A stretch of DNA of 64,000 nucleotides from Blepharisma stoltei ATCC 30299 (GCA_965603825.1 CBFDEM010000056.1:744001-808000); one strand, 5' to 3'; counted from the stretch's first letter, positions 12,611-24,139 are shown. Notes: a model not told the origin generated them from the letters alone. Numbers and translations are program-made.

Positions 12611-14326
12611 ATGATCATCAATGCTGAAGTGAGCCTCAGCGCTGTAGTTCAAGATTCCAGTCCCTTTGTGCTTTATGGAATAATGCTTCACACAGAATTT
12701 TCCAGTCAAATTTTAATAAAAAGATATACAGATTTTCTCCGATTTCACGAAAAATTGTGCTGCTTTTCCCATGTCCAGCTTTCAAGTGGTGGGAAATTAC
12801 TTGACAGAATCCCAAAACTCCCAGGCCAAAACTTTTTTACGAAATCAACCTCAGAAAAGGTAATCCAAGAAAGGACAAAGGATTTAACTTCATACGTGAA
12901 ATTTTTGATAAAAATTATTCAAAACATCCATAATTATGAAAATAAGCCATGAGCTTACATGATAAGGCAGTTTCTTAATCTCCCAAATATTGAAGCAAAG
13001 GAAAATGAATCCGCAAGCAAAGTCCAGAAACTGTATAGAAAATATATTGAAGGTGTCAATAAAAGGAGGTTATTGAAAATCGAATATCAGAATAAAGGAT
13101 ATACAAGCTCAATTGAGCAATTGCCGGACTCACTCATAATTTATATTTTCAGCTTTTTAGGGATATCGTCATTATTCCAAGCAGCTTTGGTATCTAAAAA
13201 GTGGGAAACCATCTCAAGAGCTCCAATTTTGTGAACAAAAATCGACCTTTTTATAAACAAAATATCATTAAGCACAACCACTCTGGAAAAATACTGCAAG
13301 AGCTCTATGCTGCAAACGATTGATTTTCGATTTAATCTTCAGATCAGTTCTGATGCAGCCTCTATAATAGCTCAAACTTGTAATCCTTTATCCCTTAAAG
13401 CAGCACTATTTGATGGTTGTCAAAGATTTGATGATTATGCTTTAGCAATGCTTGCAGAAAGATTTTGCAGTGCTCTTAAAATCGAGATTTCAGAGTCAGA
13501 CTTAAAAGGAGGATCCCGAGGTTTGCAAATATTAAGTTTGGCTGAATGCAGGAATATTAGCGACAAATCTATGGCTTATATAGGGAAGCTAAAGAGGCTT
13601 GAAAATTTGAATATGAGAGGCTGCAATATTACAGATGATGGTGTCACTTTATTATTAGATAAAATTAAAGCGCTTAAATCGATAGATTTCTCAGGCACTT
13701 CTGTAGGTATTGGAAGCTGGAAGTTGTTAAAGGAAAGCCATATCAAAAATATGGTTTTAAACCATTCTAATGAAATACAAAAAGACATCCCTTTTTTAAA
13801 AAATACTTCAGTTCAATTAATTGATGAAAATTTCGAATATGAGCTTATAGCTGTTTACCCTTTGACCCAAATCCCAACATCCCGCCCATTCAAAGCCAGA
13901 AGCTCTTTTACAATCCAAAGGCTAATTTACATGATCCAAAGTAGCATAGACCTTAAATCTAATCAATCCATACAAGTATTATGTGGATGTACAGTTTTAA
14001 AGCCTCATTATACACTTCAGCAGGTCCAAGCTGAGCTCTGGGATTCTTCTACCTTGATTTTACAGTATCGGCTAAAGTCAAAAATTACTCATCGTCCAAC
14101 TAACTCTTGGGCGAATCTTCCTGAATGGACTCCTGACAACTACACCCAAACCTGCATGGGCTGTGGAAGCACCTTTGGTCTTTTCTTACGAAAACACCAC
14201 TGTCGCAACTGCGGGAAAGTTTTCTGCAATGACTGCAGCAACTACCGTACGCTGATCCCTTTATCTGGGTTTACGCGCAGCCCTGTAAGAGTATGTCAGT
14301 CATGCTTTATTAAAATAAAACATTAG
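12611..14326 (+). CDS. PX - IQ - F-box - LRR - FYVE protein, 571 aa
   Basis: PX (KRYTDF, IPKLP, ER); IQ-like ASKVQKLYRKY; F-box LPDSLIIYIFSFL..VSKKW..LW(TGA 13232); FBXL-type LRRs; FYVE WTPD..CMGC..RKHHCRNCG..RVC. TGAs at 12950 and 13232. Confidence 0.85.
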
Positions 14327-14339
14327 CTATTTTAAATAT

Positions 14340-16421
14340 TTATTTCTTAATGCCTTTAATTTCTAGTAATAGAGGAAGCCACTCAGGTTTCTCATAGACT
14401 CTTTTGGATTTTTCTACAGTTTCTATCATCTTTTTATAGATTTGGCCATCAGAAACACCTATTACTGATCCTATTACTAAATCAGGAGGCGCAAGCGCAT
14501 CAATTACCCTGACAGAGTCCTCTACAAGCTCATTGCAAAGCCTCATTATGCTCTCCCTTACAATCTTTACGTGGCTTGCGTTAAAAAGATGCTCCATAAA
14601 AACAACAAGTGATTTTTCAATTACCCCAATGGTATAAAGTAGCCAATACTTTTTCATTATTCTCCCTAAGGTTTCGTCTTTAGCTGTAATGTCTTTTACA
14701 AATCTTAAGAGATCATGAGCCATAATGTACTCTCCGTAAGCTTTGCAGGCTTCTTGTACGTAGAATGGTTGAGATTTATTCCATGCATCGACCATATCAA
14801 CAGAATTTGCAGTGCTTTCTTGAAGTTTTAATAAACTCTGGTGAAGCAAAAGGTTAAGACGATAATCAATAAGGTCTAAAATAAGGGTCTCGTTTTCAAG
14901 CTCTTGAGAGCTTTCAAAATGAGGCTTAAATGCATTTATTTCGTGGATATCTGTTTTTAAGAAAGTCATGGTCTTTGCATGGATTTTTTGCCCTTTGAAG
15001 GATTTTTGGATTTGTTTTAGCAAAAATTTTCCAGTTTGTTGGATGAGGACAGAGCTGTCTCCTTCCCAGGTAACCATTACATCTTGATTGTTCCTGATTC
15101 TTCCAAGCTGTGAGTAGCTGGAGTATCCCAGCCCACCTACAGATTCTCTGCATTCTTGCAAACAAGCTGTACCATACCATGATGAAACGCATTTTACAGA
15201 TGATAATATGGCATGAAACTCATTTACTTCTAAACATTCTGGGTCTTCTTCTAACTTTCTTAGGAAAGCATTGATGTCTCCCAGTGAATAAATCACGCAG
15301 GACCTAATAGCAAACATCTTCGCAAGATAAGGAATAAATTTCAATCGCTGGAGTGGGTAAGTCAATATAGGCAGCTCAGGCCCTTCTTGTCCTCCAAATT
15401 GTTTTCTCACTGCTGAAAACCTCAACGCAATGGCCAATCCTAATCTCATATCTTGTTCGCTTCCACAAGTGCAGCATATTCTCCCTCCTACAAGCCCAGC
15501 TATCATGATCCCAGCTCGTTTGTCTTTATTTTTAATCGAACTTTTGAATTTTCCTTCTGTCGTAATTTGGCTAAATTTGTCTAGCAAAGCATCATAAGGG
15601 ACACGATAATTTTTGAATAAAATAAAGCCATTATCTATTCCTTCAAGGCCAAGTTTCTTCCCACAGTCGCCAACCACAACTCCTGGTAGAGTATCATGAG
15701 AGGCATCATTTCGTCTAATCGGGACTACGAAAACGTGTACTCCTCTGTTGATATTATCAGCATAAAGCTGTGCAAAAATAACGGTCATATTAGCCGTTTT
15801 CCCAACAGCGCCAATTCACCATTTTGCTGATGTGGCTGTCGGAGAATTCAATATGAATTCACGTGTGGCATGGTCATAAGTAGCAGTCGTCTCAATTTTC
15901 GCCACATTTGACCCATGTCCTAACTCAGTCATTGCAAATGACCCATAATCTTGTATATTGTATGCTCGATTTACAAGATCTCGGTGCTTTTCGGTACCAA
16001 GATTAGTGATTGTATCAGTATACAACACTATGTGTACCAGCAGCCTGACAGCAAGGGCAATATCATAGTCGGCCATAGGATACAAAAGCCCGAGTTTCTT
16101 CATATAATCTTGCTTAACTATATCATAATTTAATTTAAGCTTTGGGTATATGGTCGCTATTTGGTGGACAATACGTTTGCGTAGGATTTCACGCGACATT
16201 TCTGCTTCTTCAAAGTGATTGAAAAGTGGGTTCTCATTCATGATTTTAAAGACATCTTTTATCCATGTATAGAAAGGGCCGAAATAAGATTGCTGGAGGA
16301 TGTCAATGTTAATCTCTGTGCCTTTTTTGCGAAACTCGTCTAAGGAGTCGTCGTAGGGGATTGTGGGGAAACGAGAAACCAAATGAGATTCAATGAGATT
16401 GAGACGCCTCATAGTTGACAT
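14340..16421 (-). CDS. ACOX: Peroxisomal acyl-CoA oxidase, 693 aa, N-terminal PTS2
   Basis: [14 protein letters not shown](TGA 15816)-[17 protein letters not shown]; N-terminal RLNLIESHL fits R-L-x5-H-L. Confidence 0.93.
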
Positions 16422-16479
16422 TTGTCGCTAATTATTAAGAGCAAAAATATGAATATCTTGAGGGTTAAATAAACACATG

Positions 16480-16562
16480 TGATGTCATGAATTATTTTTG
16501 GCTAGAAATCTCTAATATTGAATGCATCATCAAAAACATGATGTCATAGATTTTTTTGGTTA
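16480..16562. promoter_or_regulatory. Duplicated bipartite motif TGATGTCAT..TTTTTGGYTA upstream of ACOX
   Basis: TGATGTCAT at 16480 and 16539, each followed within ~7 nt by TTTTTGG(C/T)TA. Confidence 0.4.
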
Positions 16563-16934
16563 AGTTTTCGATATGTCGAACTGAAAATTAAAATTGAGCT
16601 ATAAGGGTAACTATTCATTTTGGACCTTAAATTAATATTATTTATTATGCAATAATTCTTTTCTCTGAAACTTTTAATCTGCCTTTATGTGAAAATTAAT
16701 TTTTTATGGGGAGACTCTGAATCTTCCTTTAACATTTGTTTATTAATTTTATTTAATATGCTAATCATAAAACCATCACAAAAATAAGGAATTATCAAAA
16801 TAGCATTGATTTTCAAAACTTTATTTCAAAATTAATATCATTTCTATCATTTTCTAGCCAGTTCCCTTCACCTCAGCATTTAAAAATTTCCCTGTTGAAC
16901 TTTTTCTATACCGACTATTCCCATCTTTTTGTAA

Positions 16935-17585
16935 ATGCAGAGATCTCAACTTATATCTGAAATAACTACATTCGATCGGTCCCGTCTGCGGCCTACAAGC
17001 AACTCTCCGGTCCGCAAGCACGAAAAATCAGAGCACTCCAAAAGTCTTTTACTTTTAGATATTTCGCGTCAATTCAACCGTCCTGAGAACTCGGATATCT
17101 CTATTATTACAAATGATGATAAAATAGTCTATGTCTCTTCCTTTATTCTCCAAGCCCGCAGCCCATATTTTGAGCGTTTACTTAAAAGTGGAATGAAGGA
17201 AAGCAATTCCAAAGAGATCAATGTCTCTGCAAGTTATGATGCATGTGTCGCTTTATTTAGATATTTCTATACAGATAGGTTAGAAACTAATCCGAAAACA
17301 GCGATTGAGGTAATGATGCTGGCTGATATGTATTTATTAGAAGGGCTCAAGCATGAATGTGAAAGTTTTGTTAAAAAAAGTATCACAGTTGAGACTGCGA
17401 TTGATTTCTATGAATGGTCTAAAGGACAATTTGTAGAACTGAGCTATTACGTCTCGAAATTTATATGGAAAAATATTGGAAAAATCAGTCGAAATCAGCA
17501 ATTCAGGAATTTAGTTGCTGTAAATTCTGAGCTGCTGGTTGACCTGCTAAATGAATTGCCGGAAAAAGCTACTATAACTTATTAA
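16935..17585 (+). CDS. BTB/POZ protein with N-terminal beta-thymosin/WH2-like motif, 216 aa
   Basis: SDISII..ILQARSPYF..SGMKES..YFYTD..ADMYLLEGLKHECE; N-terminus LISEITTFDRSRLRPT. Confidence 0.85.
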   Translation: MQRSQLISEITTFDRSRLRPTSNSPVRKHEKSEHSKSLLLLDISRQFNRPENSDISIITNDDKIVYVSSFILQARSPYFERLLKSGMKESNSKEINVSASYDACVALFRYFYTDRLETNPKTAIEVMMLADMYLLEGLKHECESFVKKSITVETAIDFYEWSKGQFVELSYYVSKFIWKNIGKISRNQQFRNLVAVNSELLVDLLNELPEKATITY

Positions 17586-17601
17586 AACTTGTATTTAAGA
17601 A

Positions 17602-18213
17602 TTAACGTTCACTAAGTCTTTTTGATACAGCTCGCAGCTGAGAGTACACTTTGCCAGGGGTTTTTCCTAAAATTAAATTGCAGATCGCAGCTCTTGCTTG
17701 CTTTATATTCGAATACGACCCCATAATGTGTATTTTTGTGTCTGCCAAAATAATTCTGGTCCTCGTTGAATTCTCAATGGCATTCTTTGTCCTGCCTTTT
17801 TCTCCTGCAAGTCTGCCAATGCATCTCGAAAGGTTATCCCCTTGTAAAGTCTTTACATCTTTTATCTCAAAAGTCTCCAAATAAATATCTTCCAGTCTGA
17901 GCAAGGCCAATGCATCAGGCACCTCAAAGCCACACATAAAAGCCCTGACAAACTCGTATCCTTTTTGTATTGCGCTTTTATCTTCAGTTTGTGGAGAGTT
18001 CTAGATAGGAATTACCCTTAATTCGACGCGCTTTAGTCTTGTATTCATTCGGATTTGGAGCTTCATGTGCTCCACAATAGGGGCTACGATGTCTTCCCAA
18101 TTTTCCCTTAGTGGGGTTAACCTGTGGGGAGGAACTGGAATCTTACGGAACTCTTTGGAAAGTTTTTGTTCACCTTCTTGAAGTTTAGGAAAGATTGGCT
18201 CCTCTATTTCCAT
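17602..18213 (-). CDS. PNO1: Pre-40S KH protein PNO1/Dim2, 198 aa, one intron
   Basis: RKIPVPPHRLTPLRENW, GFEVPDALALLRL, VKTLQGDNLSRCIGR. Intron 18001-18015 joins the two ORFs. Confidence 0.95.
18001..18015 (-). other. 15-nt intron (PNO1)
   Basis: gtaattcctatctag; splicing gives RVELR|NSPQTEDKSAIQKG. Confidence 0.95.
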
Positions 18214-18226
18214 ATTACAAGTTTTA

Positions 18227-18568
18227 TTAAAGTAAGTTAGCTTCTACTAAATCACGGATTTCACGAGCTTTGGCTCCTTTGATTTCACCTAGTTCTTCGC
18301 CGTTCCTGAATACTTTGACGCAGGGGATGATATTTACTGAGTATTTATTGAAGACAGGCTAATTAGGAATTACAACACAGTTGGCGAGATTACAACGAAT
18401 GTGGACGACTTCAGGGAAATCTTCTCTTAGTTTAGTGAGTTCTTCAGAAATTGCGACGCTTGGCGCAGTCCAGGTAGCGTAAAACTCAGCAACAACTAGT
18501 GAGTCGCCAGCGTTTGCGATTGCTCCCATGTAATCTGAATCATCATTGACTTCAATAATCTTTGCCAT
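18227..18568 (-). CDS. Thioredoxin-fold protein lacking CxxC (WTAPS), 108 aa, one intron
   Basis: LVVAEFYATWTAPS; after splicing, YSVNIIPCVKVFRNGEELGEIKGA to TAA 18227-18229. Confidence 0.88.
18359..18373 (-). other. 15-nt intron (thioredoxin-like gene)
   Basis: gtaattcctaattag; removes an in-frame TAG. Confidence 0.93.
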
Positions 18569-18583
18569 ATTTGAATTATTATT

Positions 18584-19561
18584 TTAATTTTTCATAATTG
18601 CTGAATCAATACTTGAAGCTCTTAGTCTTCCTATATGGTCATTCTTCTGCTCTTCTCTTCTGGAAGGTCTTACAGTTTGATGTGAATGCAAAATTGTCCA
18701 GTCAAACACAAAATCATAGAGCAAGTTTTCTCTTTGAGCTAATGCTCGAAACTGTCTTTTTATATGTGAATACTCAGGCTTATCTTCAAATCGTAGTGAT
18801 CGTGCATACCTTAATAAGTTTTCAAGCTCTATAGGAACACCATAGCATAAGGATTCTATTGAAGTTGACATCTTTTTCTCTACAATTCGATCGTACTTTT
18901 CTTTTTTAGTAAATGCACGAACCCCTTGCCAAGGCAGACTGCCTTTTATAAAATATAATAAGGTGTACGCTAAAGATTCTAAGTCATCTCTGCGCGATAA
19001 TTCAATACCCAAATGAGCGCTGATAGAAGTATATCTTGCAGTGCCTATGAATTTTTTCCCTTCCCTATAAGGAATGTGCGAGCCACCTTTTCGAAATTTT
19101 TTACACATACCAAAATCTATCATAAAAATTTGGTTTGCATTTGTCCGAATTCCTGTTAAAAAGTTATCAGGCTTTATATCACGATGGATGAGAGCTTTAT
19201 TATGAAACATTTCTATAAGTGGGATTATCTCATCTGCAATTTGCAGGACAGTTTTCAATGAAAATTTTTTATTGCAAGATCTGAATAATTCTTCAAGAGA
19301 TAAACCAAGGAGATCTAGCACAAGAACATTATTATCTCCTTCAACGCCGCATCAATGAAGCTTTGCTATTCCTCTTTGTCCGTATAAGAGTTTATAGATT
19401 TTAGATTCATATATGAGCTGTGGATTTTTCGAATTAATTTTTTCAAGTTTAATTGCTACTTCTTCGTTTTTCAGCACGTTAATACCAAGATAGACCTCGC
19501 TAAAAGCTCCATCAGCTAATTTTCTAGATAAGCGAAATTTGCCTCCAAACCGAAATTCCAT
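18584..19561 (-). CDS. Casein kinase 1 family kinase, 325 aa
   Basis: VAIKLE, PQLIYE, H-W(TGA 19352)-CGVEG, LLGLSLEELF, HRDIKPDNF, GTARY, SRRDDLES, LPWQG. Confidence 0.93.
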
Positions 19562-19665
19562 AGGAATTGATTTTGGTTAAAATTTTATTATTAAGAAAAT
19601 AAACTTAAGGAAATTGAAATGGGAAGTTTATCTGTATAAATAGGAAAGCTAAATACTCAATCATA

Positions 19666-19738
19666 GCCCGTCTAGCTCAGTCGGTAGAGCGCCAGCCTTT
19701 TAAGCTGGTGGTCGGGGGTTCGAGCCCCCCGGTGGGCG
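19666..19738 (+). tRNA. tRNA-Lys (anticodon TTT)
   Basis: Cloverleaf: acceptor GCCCGTC/GGTGGGC, D arm GCTC/GAGC, anticodon stem CCAGC/GCTGG with loop CT-TTT-AA, T arm GGGGG-TTCGAGC-CCCCC. Confidence 0.97.
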
Positions 19739-19739
19739 C

Positions 19740-19744
19740 TTTTT
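19740..19744 (+). terminator. Pol III oligo-T terminator
   Basis: TTTTT immediately after the tRNA. Confidence 0.7.
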
Positions 19745-20009
19745 ATTTATACTTCTATCAATTGATTTATTGCCTGTCTTTATCTTTCTCTCCTTAACCA
19801 CATCCACTAAACGCTTTAATAAAACTTTTCCAAAATTAAATTAATTCTATTACAATTTTTATAATTTTTCTTTCAAACAGCCATTATAAAATCTTCAACC
19901 TAAATCTCTCGCTTTAGATTTGCTCTTTCTTCAAAATCTAGATTTTTACTTCCCTCCTTCTCATCTAAAAGAATTCAAATTTTAATATTCTATACGTTAA
20001 TCCTATTCA

Positions 20010-21548
20010 ATGTCTACTCCAGAGAAACCAGACACTACCTCTCACAAATCAAAAAGCATTGGTCAATACATCTTAGGAAAAACCATCGGAGAAGGCACTT
20101 TTGGCAAAGTCAAGCTAGGTACCCACATCTTAACAAGTGAAAAAGTTGCCGTCAAAATTTTAGAAAAGGAACGAATCAAGGATGTAGCTGACATTGAGCG
20201 TGTAGCTCGAGAGATCCATATCCTCAAACTGATCCGTCACCCCAATATAATCCAGCTTTACGAAATAATAGAAACTCCAAAACAGTTATTCCTAATCATG
20301 GAATATGCCTCTGGAGGCGAACTTTTCGATTATATCGTAGAGCACACCAGAGTTGAAGAAAGAGAAGCCTGCAAATTTTTCCAACAAATTATTTCAGGAG
20401 TCGAGTATATTCACAAGCTTGGTGTTGTACATAGGGATTTAAAGCCAGAAAACTTACTTTTAGATGAAAACAAAAATATTAAAATTGTGGACTTCGGGCT
20501 GAGCAATACTTATAAGCCTGATGAGTTGTTAAAAACAGCCTGTGGAAGCCCTTGCTATGCAGCTCCTGAAATGATTCAAGGAAAAAATTATGCTGGATCG
20601 AGGGTTGATCTGTGAAGCTGCGGGGTTATTTTGTATGCGTTGTTGGCTGGATATTTGCCGTTTGAAGATCCTGATACAGGAAAATTGTATAAAAAAATAC
20701 TCAGCTGCAGCTATGAGTGCCCTGAATGAATATCAGAGAAAGGAAAAGATATAATTAGCAAAATTTTAAACACAGACCCAGAAACACGATATACGATTCA
20801 AGACATCAGAAACCATCCATGATATAGGCTTTCTCAACAAAGCAGTTCTGAAGGAATTCTGGTCGGGTATCAGTCAATACCAATAAATCTCGACATTTTA
20901 AATAAGCTTGAGCCATTTGGATTTGACTTGAACTACTGCCAAAGCTGCATTGAAGCAAATAAACACAATAATTTAACGACAGCCTATTATTTGCTACTGA
21001 AAAAATATCAAGCTCCTCCACAGTCGCCTATTCTTGATAAGCCAGCAATAATCCATCCTCACATAATGCCATTCCCACCAAGATTTTCACTTGAAATGAA
21101 TGCAAAGCCAAAGCACAGAAAATATAAAGAAAAAAGAATTGAAAGCACAGGAGGGTCATCTTCTAAAGATAAAGAATTGATATTTATGCAGACACCGTTT
21201 ACAGGAAAATTACTAGGAAAAACTCCAAGATCAGCTAGAAGATCAGTTAGAGGATCATCACATTCCCCTTTAAAAGCAAAGTTGACTAGTGAAAGAAGAT
21301 ATCAAAGTGTAGGGAGAAAGCACTCTAAAGAGCCTAGAGAATCTAGAGAACCAAGAGAACCTTCAGAACCAAAGCCTAAGTCTATAAGGCCAGCTAGAAA
21401 AGCAAATTATAGTGCTTCAAGAGGAAATACACCAGGACGAATCAATAGTTCAGATTACTCTATGAAATCTTTAGGCAACTCAATAAGGCAGCTGCATGTT
21501 GATAACTCTTATATAGAGCATAAAAGAAGGAAAGCAAATGTACTTTAA
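20010..21548 (+). CDS. AMPK/SNF1-related (CAMKL) kinase with UBA-like segment and basic disordered tail, 512 aa
   Basis: GEGTFGKV, HRDLKPEN, DFG, KTACGSPCYAAPE. TGAs at 20613 (DLWSCG), 20727 (PEWIS), 20820 (HPWY). Confidence 0.93.
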
Positions 21549-21572
21549 ATAAAAATTCTCGCTTAAATTAAA

Positions 21573-23000
21573 TTAATAACACGTTCTAAGATATAAATAA
21601 TAGTAAACACGGTGAAGTACTTCTAGTAAAACCATTGAATTTCCTTGCCTTAGTTTGAAGTCCAAAACATAGCTGTTTTCATACTTGTAAAGTTTCAGAT
21701 GCATTTTAACCCTATTTTTATGGGAAATCGTTCGCAAATTAAGGCTTAAATTGTTTAAGCACCTTCATTCAAGGCCTGAATCTTTAAAAGAACTGAACAT
21801 GCTTATCATAAATTGACTTGCATCTAAATTGGATCGGAATCCATACACCCAGTTCGAAGGAGACTCAGGTTTTTGGTCACAAAAATCATTTTTTGATGAT
21901 GATCTTGATGAATTTGCGGTACTTACAGCGGAATCTGCTATGAATAACGGTATTTTAATGTCTTCTCTTAATGATTTTTTCCCATTTATATGCTGATCTA
22001 ACAGCAAATAGTAGCAGACTGTAAAATCGTTCTCAATTTTATTTATAATGGCTTCTCGGATTTCTTGAATTTTTCCTTTATCAATTTCAACAAGTTTTTG
22101 GCATTCTAGAAACAGCTCTTCGTCTATTGTATAACTATTAGTAGTAGATTTTGATATGAAATCTATAAATGAGTTTTTTCTGACAAGCCTAAATGGCATA
22201 TTGAGTTGAAGCCACGGATGTCATTTTATTTGATTTATAGTGATCCTTGCAATCGGATCAGGATTTAGCATTCTTTGTATAAGGTCTTTTGCGGGTTCTG
22301 AAAAATGATAAGGAATAACAAAATTTCCATTTCTAATCTTAGCAAAAAGAGAAGCTAAATTGCTGTCGTCAAATGGAAGAAAACCAGAAAGAAGCGTATA
22401 TAAAACAACTCCCATGCTTCATATATCTACCTCTGGCCCACTATATTTTTGTCCTGCCAGGACTTCAGGAGCAGCATAATTTGGAGATCCACAACAAGTC
22501 TTTAAAAAATCTCCATCAGCCATGAAATTTGAAAGTCCAAAATCAGCTAGTTTAATGCTGCCGAATTCATCGAGGAGCAGATTTTCAAGCTTAATATCGC
22601 GGTGAGTAAGCCTCATATTGTGGATATATTCAACCCCTGAAATTATTTGCTGTATATACACTCGTGTTCGATCTTCTGGGATTTTTCCATTTCTATCCAA
22701 ATAGGTATAAACTTCCCCACCTGGGAGATACTCCAGGACTAGGGCAAGGTTCGAAGGACTCTCTATTACTTCATAGAGTCTTATTATATGACAGTGGTGG
22801 AAATTTTTGAGCACTTTTATTTCCCGTTTGACTTTAGATAGAATACGATTTTCTGAAATAGTTTTCTTTTTTAAGATTTTTATTGCAACTTTTGTTGAGG
22901 TTGGGAGGTGCTCAGCAACTAAATAGAGGTTACGCTTTACTTGTCCAAAAGTGCCACTACCAAGAGGACTTAAAATTCGGTAATTTGCAAGACCTGACAT
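21573..23000 (-). CDS. AMPK alpha/SNF1-like kinase with C-terminal KA1-like domain, 470 aa, one intron
   Basis: LKTCCGSPNYAAPE, YSGPEVDIW(TGA 22419), WVYGFRS, KMHLKLYK..YVLDFK..G. TGAs also at 22221 and 21765; stop TAA 21573-21575. Confidence 0.9.
22919..22933 (-). other. 15-nt stop-free intron (AMPK-like kinase)
   Basis: gtaacctctatttag; splicing converts GQVKRNLYLVAEH to canonical GQVKLAEH. Confidence 0.88.
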
Positions 23001-23506
23001 AAATTAATTGATGACGTGATCATTTTAGTATGGTTAAAGCTTAATTTTCCACAAATTATGTGGCTGATTTAAGATCTGGCAAGGAAAAAGTTGATATTAC
23101 GTCATAAGTTTTTATATTGGCTTGTAACAAAATTATTTTGTTAGGTATTAAAAATTAAATAATTTATTTATTGAAGATTTGCTTATACGAATTCAGAATT
23201 ACTTACCTTTATTTACAACTTTCATATTTAATTAATTTATTTAATAAACTTTACACCAATATTTAGATAAATGAAATTTATAAGTCCTTATGATATTATA
23301 ACTAAGCATAAATAGAAAAGCAATAAAAGAGATTTAAAAAGAATATTTTTAAAAACTCCTGATGATAAATTCCTCATTCTAGAATTACATCAATTATTAA
23401 ATCGATTTAATTCAAAAGAGATGCGCCAAGCTTGCTAAATGTTTTATTAGTTCTTTTTTTAGTCAAAATTCTTAAAATATTGATGTTACATTTTATAAAA
23501 AGCTAA

Positions 23507-23758
23507 ATGGTAAATTCAGACCAAGTTAAAGAAAGGATTCAAAATGCTATTCCTTGTGAAGTCCTTGAAGTTGAAGACACAAGTAGTGGCTGTGGAAGTA
23601 GCTTTAGATGCCTGATCGTTTCTCCTTCATTTATAGGTCAGCCTCTTCTACAGAGACATCGACTGATTTTCAATCTATTTGAGCAGGAAATGAAAACAGA
23701 AATTCATGCTTTTAATCTCTCAACTCTAACCCCAGAGCAATATCAATCTCAAAGATAA
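23507..23758 (+). CDS. BolA2-like protein
   Basis: DTSSGCGSSF, IVSPSFIG, LLQRHRLI, IHAF..TPEQ. Confidence 0.92.
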   Translation: MVNSDQVKERIQNAIPCEVLEVEDTSSGCGSSFRCLIVSPSFIGQPLLQRHRLIFNLFEQEMKTEIHAFNLSTLTPEQYQSQR

Positions 23759-24139
23759 TTTACCAATCTTAATAGCCTGCTATATCTGCATTAATACATA
23801 TCAATATAATGATTAATAAAATTTCGTCCTTCTTTATAATCATACCAAATCTCTCTTTAATTTCTAGTAAAATGCAATTTTGGTTAAGCTTTTTAGTTCA
23901 AAAATCATAATTTTAACATTTTATTAAGAAGTTTAACCTTTGCATTCGTCAAAATTATTTCAATCTGTTCAGATGGAATAATATTTTAGTGCATTACAAT
24001 AATTAATTTCTACATGATTTACTATAGACTTGATAGAAAGCGATATTATTATGTAGCGATAAATTAAATTGAAAGAAGCCTACATTAATTAAGTAACATT
24101 ATGATCGTAAAGAATATAAAGTCTTTTTTTAATAGTTTT

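Noticed and set aside
19666-19738. tRNA as a UGA-decoding suppressor
   Set aside because: The anticodon is TTT (Lys) with a normal 5-bp stem.
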